A stretch of 63,815 bases of DNA, filler included, from Octopus bimaculoides (Eukaryota), in NCBI RefSeq assembly GCF_001194135.2. It is 10 parts of 9 records of this genome, joined end to end, with 100 filler letters (N's around TTAATTAATTAA, not from the genome) between each part and the next. Parts side by side here need not be neighbours in the genome. Positions count along the whole stretch, not along the records: positions 61,551 to 63,815 come from NC_068983.1; 9 more parts are not named here. One strand, written 5' to 3'. Made by a program: the position numbers and the translations under genes. Every line of letters starts with the position of its first letter. The first letter of the stretch is position 1. Below, in pieces: positions 63,630 through 63,815 of the stretch. The notes under the pieces were generated by a model. The model saw nothing but the letters and a program-made list of their open reading frames with translations, was not told the origin of the DNA and did not search any database.

Positions 63630-63815
63630 CAAATAGTAAATGAGAATATGCATATATACGTACAGGTATGTGCATACCGACATCCACCTGTATGTATAGG
63701 TGCATATCTGGGTACAGGACATTGCAAACAAAACGTAGACGAGAAAACGCACAAGCCACATAGAGAACATTCTTCTTCATCAGCTACCCCCGTTTTAACA
63801 CCGGCGTTTCGAAGA

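Noticed and set aside
63760-63815. GAAAC and CTGATGA words at the window end on minus
   Set aside because: Non-cleavable GTG triplet, weak stem I, and truncated by the window edge.

Overview
AT-rich, microsatellite-dense, gapped animal genomic DNA. The SINE families and repeat content suggest an octopus genome (inference from family recognition, not a database hit). Most of the window is repeats: at least four tRNA-derived SINE families, mariner, hAT-type MITEs, a Chapaev-like remnant, RTE, Tx1/L1 and R4/Dong-type LINE pieces, and a 2.85-kb satellite with an internal strand switch. Host coding sequence is sparse: two clean phase-1/phase-1 exons on + (54560-54730 Sushi/CCP; 55388-55624 PAN/Apple) of a Lys-rich, probably secreted protein, and one phase-1/phase-1 FN3-like exon on - (22436-22609). 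The most notable finding is non-coding: three well-formed minimal type I hammerhead ribozymes (43151-43223, 45060-45110, 61327-61371) plus degenerate relatives. One sits in a highly structured 351-bp head-to-tail repeat unit resembling a retrozyme or Penelope-derived element, and another overlaps an inverted terminal duplication. Two R4/Dong copies share the same 5' end and keep the zinc knuckle/endonuclease region but lost the RT through different internal deletions. All structures and alignments were read by eye; no searches or folding programs were run.
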